63,441 bases of DNA, filler included, from Octopus bimaculoides (GCF_001194135.2; 6 parts of 6 records of this genome joined end to end with filler, not necessarily neighbours in it), one strand, 5' to 3'; counted from the whole stretch's first letter, positions 1 to 14,355 are shown. Numbers and translations: made by a program. Notes: generated by a model not told the origin, from the sequence alone.

Positions 1-40
1 CTGTCTATCTATCTATCAATCTGTCTGTCTGCCTATCAGT

Positions 41-80
<40 letters not shown>

Positions 81-675
81 GTCTGTCTGTCTATCAATCT
101 GTCTGTGTCTGTCTGTCTATCAATCTGTCTGTGTCTGTCTGTCTGTCTATCAATCTGTCTGTGTGTCTGTCTGTCTATCTGTCTGTCTGTCTGTCTATCA
201 ATCTCTCTGTGTCAGTCTGTCTGTGTCTGTCAGTCTATCAGTCTGTGTCTGTCAGTCTGTCAGTCAATCTGTCTGTCTGCCTGTCTGTCAATCTGTCTGT
301 CTGTCTGTCTGTCTATCAATCTGTCTGTCTGTCTATCAATCTGTCTGTCTGTCTATCAATCTGTCTGTCTGTCTATCAATCTGTCTGTCTGTCTATCAAT
401 CTGTCTGTCTGTCTATCAATCTGTCTGTCTGTCTATCAATCTGTCTGTCTGTCTATCAATCTGTCTGTCTGTCTATCAATCTGTCTGTCTGTCTGTATGT
501 CTGTCTATCAATCTGTCTGTCTGTCCGTATGTCCGTCTGTCTATCTGTATGTCTTTCTGTCTGTCTATCTATTTATCTATGTATTTGTCCGTCTGTCTGT
601 CTCTCTGTCTGGCTACCTGTCTACTTACCTGCCTGTCTGTCTATGACTGTATATCTGTCTGCCTGTCTATCTGTA
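1..675. repeat. (TCTG/TCTA/CCTG)n compound microsatellite with a 20-bp higher-order unit
   Basis: CTGTCTGTCTGTCTATCAAT is repeated exactly 9 times at 301-480; the flanks are degenerate tetranucleotide repeats. Confidence 0.95.
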
Positions 676-774
676 TAAATGGCCTACTGTTTAGGGTGCT
701 GCACTTAAGATTGTGAGATGAGGATTTCAATTCTCAGATCAGGAACTGTGTCATGTTTTTGAGTAAAACAGGTC

Positions 775-990
775 AGCTGGGAAGCTGCACCAGGTTCCAA
801 TCTGATTTGGTATGATTTTTACTGCTGGATGCCCTTCTTAATGCCAACCACTCCAAGAGTGTATTTAGTGCTTGTTAGGTGCTACTGGCATAGGCACCTG
901 TTATCTAATACCAGCATCTGCCACAACTATGATCTCACATGGTTTGGCAGGTCTTCTGAAGCACAGTATATCACCAAAGGTCTCGGCCAC
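775..990 (-). mobile_element. degenerate RTE-tail-type SINE/LINE 3' fragment
   Basis: ctgcaccaggttccaatctgatttgg...gctggatgcccttcttaatgccaaccact matches the copies at 28954-29400 and (inverted) 44686-45135. Confidence 0.65.
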
Positions 991-1029
991 AAACACAAAG
1001 CAAGAAAATACTTTGAGAACTTTATATCA

Positions 1030-1320
1030 TGAGTAAAAGGAGGATGTTGTTTGTTCCTTCTCAAGCCATGCCTGGCTCAAGTTTCCCATGTTTCATTGGT
1101 GTATACATTCCCCACCTGGATGGGGTGCCGGTCTATTGCAGGTGAGCTGCTAGATGCAGGAAGAAAGAGTAAGTTGTGGTGAAAGAGCCAGCAGAAGTTC
1201 ACCATTACTTTCTGCTGGAGGCACGTGGAGCTTAGGTGCTTCATTCATAAACACACAATTCGAACCCACGATCCCTCAATTGCAAGTCTGCTGCTCTAAC
1301 CATTAAGCCATGTGCCTCCA
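1030..1320 (-). mobile_element. tRNA-derived SINE
   Basis: Minus-strand head tggaggcacatggcttaatggttagagc...gggttcgaat has A-box/B-box-like motifs, followed by a non-tRNA body. Confidence 0.75.
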
Positions 1321-1899
1321 TAAAGGAGGATATATTGACATTTTTATCAAAATATGTTACTGGTTTCACTTATTTAAGAACTTTAAGTCATGGAATATGT
1401 AATAATAATAAAATAAATTGCATTGAACTAAATTCATCTTTCATGATAGCATTTTCCAAGTTCACATGATTTTCTTACAAAATTCATATGGCTGCTGCTT
1501 TGTAGTACAGTTTCAACAATAGCAATTGTCTGTCATTCCTTGATGTCAATGCTGATATCAAACAGTGGGTCACAATGATAGAAGAAAATGCATGGTTTCT
1601 ATGCCAATAGTAATGGTTATAGTAGGAGTGGCTGTATCAGCCTCACTAGTTAAAGTTTGTAGAAATAGCGGCAGTGGCAGCAGCAGCAGTAGTAGTAGTC
1701 TTTTCTGTCTCACAGTGGTTAAGATGCAGTTGGCATTTCATTATGAAGGCTGTTTGTTAATATACTGCTGTTGTAATAATGTGTCAGTGGGAAACTGATA
1801 TTAGGAAAAGATCATAAAATTTGATTTCAATGCAACACGTGTCCAAATGATCACTGAGTGCTATTAGTTTATTATACTTCAGTGTTCTAATTAGTGAGC

Positions 1900-2330
1900 T
1901 ATGTAGAATCATAAGTTGTTTTAAGGATATCTCAGTGTGCCCCATGTAGTTTTCTACACATGCTCTTAGATGCGTATTGCAGAACAGATTTCTTGCTGTA
2001 CAGGGAAAATATGGTTGCTGAGAATTTAGATTTTGGTTGAATATGCAGAAGTAAACCAGGTGGAATAGGGAAGAGATGAAAATATTGGTGATGAGGTTTC
2101 TATGTGGACCCTTAAGATATGAAGTGAATAGGTATAAATGGTAGCAGAAGAACCAAGAGTGTGGATTATGGAAGGTTGCAAGTGTGAAATGGGAGAGCAA
2201 GACATGGTTAGTGATAGGGAATGGGTAAATATAAGGAAAAACTCGTGATGAATGGAAGTGGAGGTATGGAAGAGTAGGTGATAACTGTAGAGATTAGATA
2301 CGATTGATGTTTAGATTTAGTGAAAAGTGG
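1900..2330 (-). mobile_element. highly decayed Penelope-like GIY-YIG fragment
   Basis: Minus frame CTARNLFCNTHLRACVENYMGHT resembles the FTCTSxNxIYxIxCxxCxxxYIGxT pattern; weak match. Confidence 0.35.
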
Positions 2331-2572
2331 ATTAGATGTAGGGCTTGACCAATGATGCATGGGGGTGAATAGTAGCAGAGTAGTAAAGATGGTACAATAG
2401 GAAAACAAAGGATAAAAGAGAGAGAAAAAGATGATGATGATCATGATGATTATGATGATAATACAAGAGCATGGGGAGAAAGGTGGACATAGTGTAGTGC
2501 ATGGGGAGAGGGAGAAACCTAGGATGATGAAGGTGAGAGCATTTGGTATTTCTCGGGAGGAAGTCAATGTCT

Positions 2573-2652
<80 letters not shown>

Positions 2653-2817
2653 ATGTGTATGTATATGCATGTACAGATATATCTATATACATATCAGCTC
2701 TACTATATGCATTGACTCGTGTGCCATTTATTCATCCCTACATATATAGTGTTATGTATGCATGTATATATGCATATATGTGTGTGTGTGTATGCATGTA
2801 CATGTGTATGTTTGCAG

Positions 2818-2851
<34 letters not shown>

Positions 2852-2877
2852 GTACACNNNNNNNNNNCACGTACGTA

Positions 2878-2923
<46 letters not shown>

Positions 2924-3755
2924 CATAAATCTATCGTTAACAATAGCATTAATTTGAACAAGCTAAGATGTAATAGATGCTAACAAAGAATACAAAATCT
3001 TGTATGCGCAATAATGGTAGTATATAAGACAGATTTGGTTTGGAGACAAAGAATGTATATCCAATAGATCTGTCCGGTTCCAAAATCTGTGAGAGGACAA
3101 AATGATTGGTCAGTATGCTTGGAATAAAAACCTTACTTCGTCCATGTCATGGAATATACCATTATTGCTCCTTTGCTTATCTATTCATATAATCATTTTC
3201 ATATGAACCTTTTCATTTGTGTATGTATGTGTGAATCTATATGCATCTATATACAATGACACACCAATATATATGTATTTATATGTGTGCATGTGTATGT
3301 ATACATGTATGTGTATATGTGTGTGTGTACTTAAGCCTACACACATATATATGTATATATATATATATTATATATATTATACATATATATATATATATAT
3401 TATATATATTATACATATATATATATATATTATACATATATATACATCATGCATATATATACATTATGCATATATATATATATATACATATATATATTAT
3501 ACATATATATACATTATGCATATATATATATTATGCATATATATATATTATGCATATATATATATATACATATATATATTATACATTATATATACATAAC
3601 CATGTACACACACATACTTATACATATGTACGCGCATACATATATATGTATGTATTCATATATGTGTGTGCGTGTGTGTGTGTATGCATATATGTAAACA
3701 TACATGCACGTGTGTGTGCATATACATACTTATATATATATATATATATGTATAA

Positions 3756-3789
<34 letters not shown>

Positions 3790-4476
3790 GAGGGAAAGAT
3801 GTATACATCTTAGATGAATCCATATTATTAAGGTATTGTTTTACATACAGATGCTCTTCCTATCACTAAAATTTCACCTGTTTTACAAGTAAAAGAATTT
3901 CCATTCCACATGCATTCAAAAGCCCAAAGCTTGAGGACAACTTGTTGACATGGAATGTTAGCATATATCACTGTTTGTGGTGCAGTGGATTTTCATGCAA
4001 AGAACAGAATACAAATATTCACACAGGCACACATACTTGCACACAAAGGTTTGCCCACGTCCACATGTACATGTTTGCATTAATATATACACACACTAAC
4101 ATGCACACATTCACACACACACGCACATTTGTATATTTGAAAGGCCTCTGCACAGTTTCTCTCTGCCAAATTCACTACAAGTCATTGATTAACTTGAGAC
4201 TAGAACCATTTACCAAAAGTGCCACTCAGTAGGACTGGTTTCAAAAACCATGTAATTTAGATGTGAACTTCATTAACCACACAACCATCCATATTTATAT
4301 TGGTATATACATACACATACACAAGTACAAACTATAACTGTCATTCTCATACACATACATCTACAAAAAACACATGCACGTACGCACACGTTTTATTAGA
4401 ACTGCTCACAAAAAATTCAACTGGCGGTAGCTCTTACAGTTATTAGTAACAATAGACATCCATATTGTGGTGGATC

Positions 4477-4875
4477 TTTACTCTCATTTACACGTTTCAG
4501 TCATTTGACTGTGGCCATACTGGAGCACCGCCTTTAGTCGAGCAAATCGACCCCAGGACTTATTCTTTGTAAGCCTAGTACTTATTCTATCAGTCTCTTT
4601 TGCCGAACCGCTAAGTTACGTGGACGTAAACACACCAGCATCGGTTGTCAAGCGATGTTGGGGGACAAACACAGACACATACACACATACTTCTACATAT
4701 ATATATATACATATATACGATGGGCTTCTTTCAGTTTCTGTCTACCAAATCCACTCACAAGGCTTTGGTCAGCCCGAGGCTATTGTAGAAGACACTTGTC
4801 CAAGATGCCACACAGTGGGATTGAACCCTGAACCATGTTGTTGGTAAGCAAGCTACTTACCACACAGCCATTCCT
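4477..4875 (-). mobile_element. near full-length tRNA-derived SINE (octopus OR/OK-type family)
   Basis: Head ggaatggctgtgtggtaagtagcttgcttacc, internal (TA)n, body with ggggtcgatttgctcgactaaaggcggtgctccagt; homologous copy at 6327-6668. Confidence 0.9.
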
Positions 4876-5616
4876 GCGCCTGAAAATTCTAGGTGTTGCC
4901 ACAAATCATTTACTTGGTATTGGATGTCCGTATAACCCTCCTGCCTTTATCCAGCTTTTGAAATGTTTCCTGAAATCACCCTCTTCTATCTTTACCAAAT
5001 AGACTTTGTAATTCTGTTATACAGATTGTTGCTGTAGTGGAAGCCTATGTCCTAGTCAAACCAATGAAATTATGTTTCCACTGGTTTCACAGCCTGCTGA
5101 TACTAGCTGTCATTTGCAACTCCTGATACTTCTAGTATCATCACTGTCAATCTTGTGATGGAATGGGATTTGAACATACAGATAGATATAGACTGCACAA
5201 AACCAAAATAGATACTAATGTTGACTTCACTGAGGTTTGAACTGAGAGTGCAGCAGAGTGTCAGAAGTATCAGAAAATAATTTATCAAATATGCTAACGT
5301 CTCTGCCAATTTCTTGCCTTCACATGGGTGGCAATGGTCATAAAATTGCAGGAAACTAAGAAAATATATAGATTTGAAGCTGAATTTCTAAGATAGAATG
5401 GAAATTCCTTCCAACAAACATATTACTTTTTGAAAAATATGAGGGGCTCACTTGCATGTTTAAGGCCCCTAAATCATGGGACACACAGTCACATGCTTTA
5501 GGGGCCTTTCTACAATCTGAAGGGAAAAAGGTCATTAAAATGACATATTGAAGACGTGTTTTCATCAATCAGCTATATGTATGTTAGATGCCTGTTCAAG
5601 AATATTTCTTTAATGG

Positions 5617-5900
5617 TTACACAACAAAAATGATGAAGACGACACCAACAATGACATTAATAACAACAAGCGCATAACAATCACCCACAACAAAAATGAC
5701 GAGGAAAATAACAACAACAATCATAACAACTACTGTATTACTGCTTCCAACAATAACACCACTGTTAGCAATAACAACAACGGCAACATCACCACAAACA
5801 ATAGCAGTAACAACAACTATAACATTAAAAACATGAACACAAATGACAAAAACATTAATATCAGTCACAAAAACAACAACATAAATGATATGAACCATCA
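5617..5900. repeat. (AAC/AAT)-rich low-complexity tract
   Basis: Degenerate acaaca/ataaca repeats; the overlapping Val/Ile-rich ORF is an artefact. Confidence 0.8.
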
Positions 5901-5904
5901 CAAC

Positions 5905-6100
5905 TTATAGCTTGGGATTCTAAGTCCCACAGCTATTTAAGTCTTGACAAAACATCCGAGAGATCTACATGTAGTAGGGGTAGATGTTTTCAAGAAACAA
6001 CTTGACCGCCTGCTATCCAAGGTCTCAGATGAACCTACATCATGGCAAGAAACACAAAAGAGGGCAACAAAATTGAACTCTTTTATCATTAAAAACAAAT
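5905..6100 (+). mobile_element. CR1/L2-group LINE 3' end fragment
   Basis: Frameshifted translation resembling SLGFxGPQLF...VDVFKKQLDRLLSKVxDEPT, typical of LINE ORF2 C-termini. Confidence 0.6.
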
Positions 6101-6139
6101 AAAAAAGAATTAAAAAAATTATTTTCCCAAATAGATTGC

Positions 6140-6289
6140 ATTACTTATTTGAATCTCTGAGGAAGCTGTTAGGTGTTACACAGGTACTCAACTATGAATT
6201 CATCACATTTTACAGTGGAAACAGCCATAAGCTAATGAAGTCCATGTGATAGTCATTTATTTCTTTGTCATTTATCATCTCTTTTCATA

Positions 6290-6290
<1 letters not shown>
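6140..6290 (+). mobile_element. Penelope-like terminal repeat remnant
   Basis: gtggaaacagc..taagctaatgaagt segment is shared with the inverted copy at 7740-7900; retains a GAAAC motif. Confidence 0.45.
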
Positions 6291-6326
<36 letters not shown>

Positions 6327-6668
6327 GTAGGAGTGGCTGTGTGGTAAGTAGCTTCGGCAAGTGTCTTCAACTATAGTCTTGGGCCGACCAAAGCCTTGTG
6401 AGCGGATTTGGTAGATGGAAACTGAAAGAAACCCGTCATATATTTATATATATATGTGTGTATGTTTGTGTGTCTGCTCCCCCAACATCGCTTGACAACG
6501 GATGCTGTTGTGTTTACATCCCCATAACTTAGCGGTTTGGCAAAAGAGACCAATAGAATGAGTACTAGGCTTACAAAGAATAAGTCCTGGGGTCGATTTG
6601 CTCGACTAAAGGCGGTGCTCCAGCATGGCCACAGTCAAATGACTGAAACAAGTAAAAGAGTAAAAAGT
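6327..6668 (+). mobile_element. tRNA-derived SINE, same family as 4477-4875, with a deletion in the head
   Basis: ggagtggctgtgtggtaagtagctt joins directly to cggcaagtgtcttc; intact 3' end gactgaaacaagtaaaagagtaaaaag. Confidence 0.9.
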
Positions 6669-6759
6669 ATATATATATATATATATATCACAGGATTATG
6701 TGATCAACCAACTATTGGCTGTTGATATACTCCACTAATCACAATGTGCTTTGCATTGT

Positions 6760-6960
6760 TTTAGCTTTTGAATGATGCCACTCTGCTACCTAGGTGAGCA
6801 GGTTAACATTCCCTCTCATCAAAAGGCTAGTCCATTGTAGGGGTATCCATTTACAGCTGAGTGGATTGAAGCAAGAGGAAGTCAATGTTTTGTTCAAGAG
6901 CACAGTTCACCACTCAGTGTAGTAATAGAACCCAAGAATTCATGGTTGTGAAGGAAATTT
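6760..6960 (-). mobile_element. old SINE with a CORE-like central domain
   Basis: tttacagctgagtggattgaagcaagaggaagtcaatgttttgttcaagagcac; a related segment lies at 54900-55080. Confidence 0.5.
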
Positions 6961-7229
6961 CTTGACTTTTTGTCAGTATCATGCTCACTACTGTGGAGTG
7001 AATGGCTTAGGGGTTAGGGTGCTAGGCTAGTGAGCATAAGATTGTGGCTTTGATTCCTGGGCCACTAGTTAGAAAAAATGAGATATACAGTGAAGTAGCA
7101 TCAGGCTTGGAAAGCCAGCAGTGGATGATGGAGCTGCCTAAAGAATAAAGAGAAGGGACAGACAGGCTATAGGCCTATCCTTGCATTGAATATTACCTAC
7201 ATGCACACTACAAAAAAAGTATCAAGTCC

Positions 7230-7495
7230 ACGCTGTAAAGTAGCTAGCATTCGGAAGGGCATCCAGCTGTAAAAAGCTATGTTAAAACTGTCCTCGCCTG
7301 TGCTGGTGGATGTAAAAGAAAACACTCAGTTCATTCTGTGGGGTGGTTGACATTAGGAAGGGCAGGCATCCAGTCATGAAAAGCATGCTGAAACAGACAC
7401 TGAAGCCTGATGCAGTCTTCTGCCTGGCCAGCTCCTGTCAAACCATCCAACCCATGCCAGCATTGGAAGTGGACATTAAACAATGATGATGATGA
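7230..7495 (+). mobile_element. RTE-tail SINE 3' part ending in (GAT)n
   Basis: ggaagggcatccagctgta...ccaacccatgccagcattggaagtggacattaaacaatgatgatgatgat. Confidence 0.75.
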
Positions 7496-7739
7496 TCTGT
7501 CTGTCAGACGGGACCTTGATAACTGCTATAAAGCAGGAAAGTATACTAGCCCCTATATATATTTAATACTCAATATTTCATATATTCAATAAGACATTCA
7601 ATACTTCATTTCATTTCACTATTTATATTATATAGTCCATTTTCTATATCCAACATTATTTTTATAAGAATATAAATAAAACATAAAAAACAGACAGAGT
7701 TGGAACTCTTTTAAATAATATATATATATATATATATAT

Positions 7740-7900
7740 ATAAAGAAAGAGACGGCAAAGGAATAAATGAGTATCTTATGAACTTCATTAGCTTACAGCT
7801 GTTTCCACTATAAGATGTGGTGAACTGACAACTGAGTGCACGAGTAACACCTTACAGTTTCATTAGAGCTTCAAATATCAGAGCTTCAAATTTAGGAAAA
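7740..7900 (-). mobile_element. Penelope-like terminal repeat remnant
   Basis: Reverse complement matches 6140-6290 (ccacatcttatagtggaaacagctgtaagctaatgaagt). Confidence 0.45.
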
Positions 7901-8727
7901 TAATCACACCAATATATAATATATAAATTCATAAAGTTAGGTATATTGTGAGCAAAGCTGTAATGTTTAGTTGAACAACATCTCTCTGGGGTGAAATTCT
8001 CTACATCAAAATACTTGCCAAATTCAAATTTGAAATTAATATTGCATCAAATATAAATAGGTCACTTTCAATTACATAGTGCTAAAATATGGGATGATCA
8101 TCAATAGAATACTTTTCTTTATTTCTCAGTGCTTAATCACAGCAATCCTAGGGCTAAAAAAATAGCAACTCCTTTTATCTGAAATATATTTCACTCCAGT
8201 TTTTCTTTTTGTTTTTAAAGAATATCCTTTTTTTTGTTTTTTCTCTCACATCATTCTCAGATTTCTTTATTATTTATTGATTATTTTATCCTCTTCATTT
8301 ATTTTTGGTATGAGTATTTACTTAATTAATTTGCTATCCATAATTATCCTTAATTAATTTGCTATGATTAGTTTTTAACTATTTCAAGTGAAATCACATT
8401 GGCGATGTTTCTTTTTCAGATGGAAATTCACATCATCAAAATAACATCTCAATGTTTTGCCAAATGCTAAAGAAAATGAAACTAATTTCATTGTTTTCAA
8501 TCTTTGATCATTTTCTGATCAGTTATTATAGATTTTGTCCTGATACAAGGAGGAAATTAAGCACAACCTTTGATTTACTTGTAAGAGGCAGACATTTTTG
8601 GCAGGCAAAAAATAGAAAAGAAATCTTTGTTTTGCTCTTCTAATAATGCAATGATGTCATTCTCACTAATATAGTATATCCATTTTCTTATGCATCATCA
8701 TTATCATCTCTTTCTTTCCTTATATAT

Positions 8728-8765
<38 letters not shown>

Positions 8766-9019
8766 TATTCACATACATAAAGACACATACAGACACAAAT
8801 AAAACTAGGCGTCTTCTACCATAGTTTTGGGCTGATCAAATAACTGTGAATAAATTTGTTGAAGAGAAACTGAAAGAAGCCCTTTATAGACATTTGATAT
8901 AAGCGATACTTAACTTGAAAACACAGGTAAGATTTAGTGACCAGAAGAGCATCCAACTGTAAAATAAAGCCTATTCATTTATTCCATTCAAACATGAAAA
9001 AAAACAAAACAAATGGATG

Positions 9020-9790
9020 TAAAAACTGGATCTAAGACTGGGCCTTCATAGATATCTTTCCTCATGCTGAATTTGTTACTGAAATTGTTGATTCTTATTT
9101 TACTTACTAACATACATTATATGCCACTGACTGCACTGAGTTTCCTTAGTGGTTACCAAATTACTGAACATGGTACCTTGTCAAACACTGTCTCCAAATC
9201 AACAAATTCCAGGAATAGTGGTTTACCTTTCATCAAATATGTCTCCTGCAGTTGTCTTAGTAGGAACATTGCATCCGATGTACCATCTATGTCTAATCTA
9301 TCATAATTCTATTGTGCAAAAATACTTTCTGCAATCTTCTTTACTTTATCCAGTTGTTTGACTTCTCAATAAGTTCCTCTCTCTAAGGTGTCTCCTTTGC
9401 TTTGGTAGAAGTTTACAGTGATACTACCATGCCAGCCATTGAATATGACACCTTCCTGTATGATTTAATTATTATCCAGGTGGTGATCATGTACCCCAAC
9501 TCACTAGATGAACAACTGAGGAACCACAGCTTGATTGTTTTATCAACTTCAATTTCTGCTTCCTCTCTAGCATTATTATGATATAGTCCTTCTTTATCCT
9601 ATGAATTATTAACATTCAGTAGACCTTCATAATAGCACTTCCATGTCACTTTCTTACCTTTCATATTGAGGAAGAGTATATCTTCATCATTCCAAAAACA
9701 CTTCTCACCGAAAATATCTTGGTTCTCTCTCATACTGTCTCACAGTCCTTAACATCTCATACTTCTGATCCTTGTGTTGCAGGATATGTC
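9020..9790 (-). mobile_element. RTE-clade LINE reverse transcriptase fragment (decayed)
   Basis: Minus-strand remnants such as DAMFLLRQLQETYLMKGKPLFLEFVDLETVFDKVP and KVTWKCYYEGLLNV; homologous to 55260-56480; multiple stops. Confidence 0.85.
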
Positions 9791-10086
9791 CATACATAAA
9801 TACATATATACGCATATTAACGCATTGATGCAAAACTAGACTGAGAGAAGAGTACTTGAATATAAAAGATAGAATAAAATATACATATATATTTATATAC
9901 ACATTTCACTAGAGTGACTGAGAGTGCTCTTCAGTGCCCATATTGCTAGAAATAAGAGTCAAAACAACTCTTATTTCTAATAATAGTGCTGCTGAATAGT
10001 GCCCTCCGTCGCTTTAGTGATGTATATATTTTCGTCTTTCAGTTGAGAAAATTGATAACAAGTCAGTCTCATTATATGTATGTGTA

Positions 10087-10153
<67 letters not shown>

Positions 10154-12209
10154 CAGAGTAGCATGTATACCTATGAAAGAAGATAATATTTGCATACTTT
10201 TAAAATCAATTTCTTCTTTAAAATATATATATTTAGTCAACATATTCACCTCCAACTACTGACCTTTTTTTCATTTATCTAAATTAATTCATACCTAACT
10301 TAATACAGGTTTATAAAATCTGCAAGTGAAATAAAAAAAAAATTCTCTCTGAAATATGTATCATTCCATTAGCAGTAGCCATATTTCACCTTCTTGAAAA
10401 TTAAAATTCTATGCCACTGCCTCACCTTTAAAAAAATCGTCAGAAGAGAAGACATTGCTTATGATTCTGTTCAAGACCTCCAATACAGGAAAGAGGAGGG
10501 GGAAAGAGAGTCCCAAAACCAGAGACTAGCCCCAAAAAAGTGAATACCATTAAAGCCAACCAATATTTCTAGTTTCAGTGTTCAACATGGTGACAAATCA
10601 AGACCCATACTATGACATAAGTTGTAAACAAATTATTTAACTCATGGTACCCCACAACACATTTTCCACCCACTCAAATCTCTGTAAATAAGGTTCTAAT
10701 AAAGTATAAGATGCTAGGGAGCCATGAAAACATTTAGATAGTGGAATATCTCTTTATTAATATTTGTTTGACTTTTACTGGAAAGTTGCTCATAATTTTG
10801 CTTGGAAACCAAGAAAAATTCCACAGAAGTATGTTTAAAATTGCTTGTGAAAATAAATAATATTTATTCCTATTTTAGTTGTTAAATGAATTAATGAAAA
10901 CAAAAAAAATATTATTGATATTCATTCTTCAGCTTCATGAAAGATCATAAAAGTGTCACTTGCACATCTTAGCACCATATAAAGGATTTCAGGTTACTTC
11001 CATCACCTTCACATACGATATCTATGGAGAGTTTTACAATTTACTGTTTGTGACAAATAGACAGATAGACAAAACCACATGCACGAGCGTGCACGCACAG
11101 GCGAGTGCACACACACACACACATTTGTTCAAAGCTGGTAATTTATTGTGATGTTTCACAGAATTTTTGTAATGTGTTAGCCTCAAGGAGGAAATATATT
11201 TATACACATGCATCTGTGTGTATATATCTCTCTTAATGTTCCTCCTTTCTTTCTCTCTCTCTCTCTTTCTACACACACACACACATATATATACATATAC
11301 ATAAATATATATATATGTATATCTATATCTATCTATATATCTATCTATATATATATATATATATATATAAATATATACACATACATATATACATACATAT
11401 ATATGTACATATATACATACATGGAGCTATAAAATTGCACAGATTTTTATATATTTACAAGTACATATCTATACATATTTGTATATACGGACACCAATAC
11501 ACACAAGTGCACACATACAAAAACAAAAGAGAAACTGCAACACAAACATGTTTTATATGACAACCAATAGGAACAGTTGTAAGGAGGTTCTTCAAGAAAG
11601 GGTTGGATTTTTGCATTTCCTATGTTGCCCCTAACTAATATAAATATATTTCAAAAACTATTTCCAAGACACATGACAAGGTGTTAAGAAGATTGACACT
11701 TTATGAATCCTGCCCAGCTTACTACCACCACACTTGATTTCTGAAAGAATAGTACAAATGCCAGAAATGACAAGTTATTGGCACCTAGAATCTTGTAAGG
11801 AAGTACTTGATAAATCAGAATGGAAATGGTCACACCTTCATTTCAAAACATCTATGTATATTTTTGTGTGTTTACATGAAAGTATAAAGGTATATATTAG
11901 TGAATGTCTCTATGTGTTTGTACCTTCATACATAAAACAATACCTTCTGTCCCATATTCATACCTCAACATTCACATACAATGTACACACACACGTACAC
12001 ACATATTTGTTCTATCTGTCATCCTTTATTTTGTTCCAGTCACTGGATTGTGGCCATGCTAGGACATATTTTAAGTGTAGTACTTATTCAATTGGTCTCT
12101 TTTGTCTAGCTACTAAATAACTGGGATATAAACAAAGCAACATTGTTTAGCAAGTGGTGGCATGGACACAGTAGACACACATGCATACATATATACATAC
12201 AGATGAGTG

Positions 12210-12632
12210 TATTGTTCAAATTTACAGAAAAAAGACAAAGACAAGTGAAGGAGCAACAAGCAGGTGTATTAGTTTAATACTTGGGAAGAATGGAAAACTC
12301 TTTGATATTTTGAGCCTATGCTCTTCAACAAAAAGGACTGACAGAAAAAATAAATGGAGAGAGAAGAAGAAAAACAGAGAGAGATAAAAGGGTAGGGATT
12401 AATGGTTCAACATGATAACTATATATATATATATATATATAAAACAAATAATAAATGAGTATATGCATATATACGTACAAATATGTGCATACCCACATCT
12501 ACCTGTATATATAGGTGCATATCTGGGTACAGGACATTGCAAACAAAACGTAGACAAAACATAATAATAACCAGAGTACAGAAAACACACAGGCCACATA
12601 GAGAACATTTTCCTTCATCAGCTGCCCCCATT
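12210..12632 (-). mobile_element. Penelope-type terminal repeat segments
   Basis: 12210-12410 is the reverse complement of 47900-48080; 12455-12632 is closely repeated at 21200-21372. Confidence 0.55.
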
Positions 12633-12861
12633 CTAACACAGGCCTCCATGCTTCTCTTAGCAAAGGGGAGGGTCCTGTCAGAGGGCCCTAGTTGATCTGG
12701 GCAAGGTGATGTGGACTCCTTCCACTCTCTGGTGAATTGCACAATCACTTTATTAACGGGAGTAAGCAGAATCCCATGTTTGCTGCGATTTTATGCTACA
12801 TCCACTTTCAGAATGACACACAATATGGCCTCTTTGAAATTCAGACAATTCCAAGGTTTCT
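12633..12861 (-). mobile_element. Tc1-like transposase N-terminal fragment
   Basis: ELSEFQRGHIV..SESG and KIAANMG...VIVQFTREWKESTSP..GPSDRTL resemble the Tc1 paired-like HTH region; frameshifted and runs into a gap. Confidence 0.65.
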
Positions 12862-13123
12862 NNNNNNNNNNNNNNNNNNNNNNNNNNNNNNNNNNNNNNN
12901 NNNNNNNNNNNNNNNNNNNNNNNNNNNNNNNNNNNNNNNNNNNNNNNNNNNNNNNNNNNNNNNNNNNNNNNNNNNNNNNNNNNNNNNNNNNNNNNNNNNN
13001 NNNNNNNNNNNNNNNNNNNNNNNNNNNNNNNNNNNNNNNNNNNNNNNNNNNNNNNNNNNNNNNNNNNNNNNNNNNNNNNNNNNNNNNNNNNNNNNNNNNN
13101 NNNNNNNNNNNNNNNNNNNNNNN

Positions 13124-14300
13124 TACAGAATAAAAGCATTGCATTTGGGTCAACGACTCAACATACAACAGTCCCCTCAATAAACGATCATATATAAAGA
13201 CATATATTAAAGTCCACAAATACTTAAGAAAATATATGTAAAATAAAATACAACATAAAACACACAATATAAAAATTTATATATATATATATATATATTT
13301 TTTTTTTCTACTAATAGCATACAAATAAAGCAAAATAGAATAAGAAAAAGTGAAGTAAAATAAAATAATATAATAGTCCATATGCTAAATACCATACGTG
13401 ATGACAAAACTTTAAAATGACATAAAACTTTAAAATACTTTACCATCATTTAAAGTTATATTAGAAGGTCCTGTACTTCCCTCAAGGTACACGTAATAAC
13501 AGCAGACTTCCATAGGTAAAATCCGTCTCTGCTCACCAAACTTACAAAAGTTCATAAAAAACACTGGTCAAAAACAGACGCAAGCACCTATGGCCATTTC
13601 AAAGGTTCACCACTGTGGTCCATACAAATCATAGTGCAATCCAGTAATGAGCCCGCTCATCAGGGTAACAGTTAGTCAAAACACGCAAAAGGAATTATTT
13701 TTTTATAACAGGCTTATATAGTCAAGAGGGAAAAGCTAGTCCACGTCATGAATAATAATAATAAAAAACACACATTCAAATTGGCTGTAGTTACTAATGT
13801 AATCCTCCAGGTTTCAAATCACCCCAACGCAAACAAATAAACTTATTTATATTTACATTCTTTTTAAAAATTTCTATATACCTTCAAGAAAGTGGAGGAA
13901 AACCGATGATTGCAGAAGGGGAACACTTCAGTGAATCTATTCAAAGTTTTCGGCCCAAACAACCTAAGTGCTTGCGTGTGTTTTTGACCTATGTTTTTAA
14001 CCAGTGTTTTTTATGAACTTTTGTAAGTTTGGTGAGCAGAGACGGATTTACCTATGGAAGTCTGCTGTTATTACGTGTACCTTGAGAGAAGTACAGGACC
14101 TTCTAATATAACTTTAAATGATGTTAAATTATTAAAAGATTTTTTGTCATTTTAAAGTTTTGTCATCAGATATAGTATTTTGGCCGATGGACTATTATAC
14201 TATTTTATTTTACTTCACTTTTTCTTATTCTGTTTTGCTTTATTTGTCTATTTTGAATTTTTAATCGCTTAATTTTATTCGAATTGGAATTTTTATATAA

Positions 14301-14355
<55 letters not shown>

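Noticed and set aside
79-716. Long ORFs rich in SVCL/YIYI/HTHT/ERER here and throughout the ORF track
   Set aside because: They are translations of microsatellites or N gaps with no protein-like complexity
1255-1320. tRNA-like A/B boxes as a tRNA gene
   Set aside because: Continues into a SINE body and lacks a full cloverleaf
8420-8580. Plus-strand exon-like segment (TTTTCAG ... CTT|GTAAGA) with one open frame
   Set aside because: The peptide is unrecognisable and no compatible partner exon was found; expected by chance in AT-rich DNA
11719-11736. 18-nt minus-strand microexon candidate
   Set aside because: Splice motifs alone are insufficient and there is no gene context
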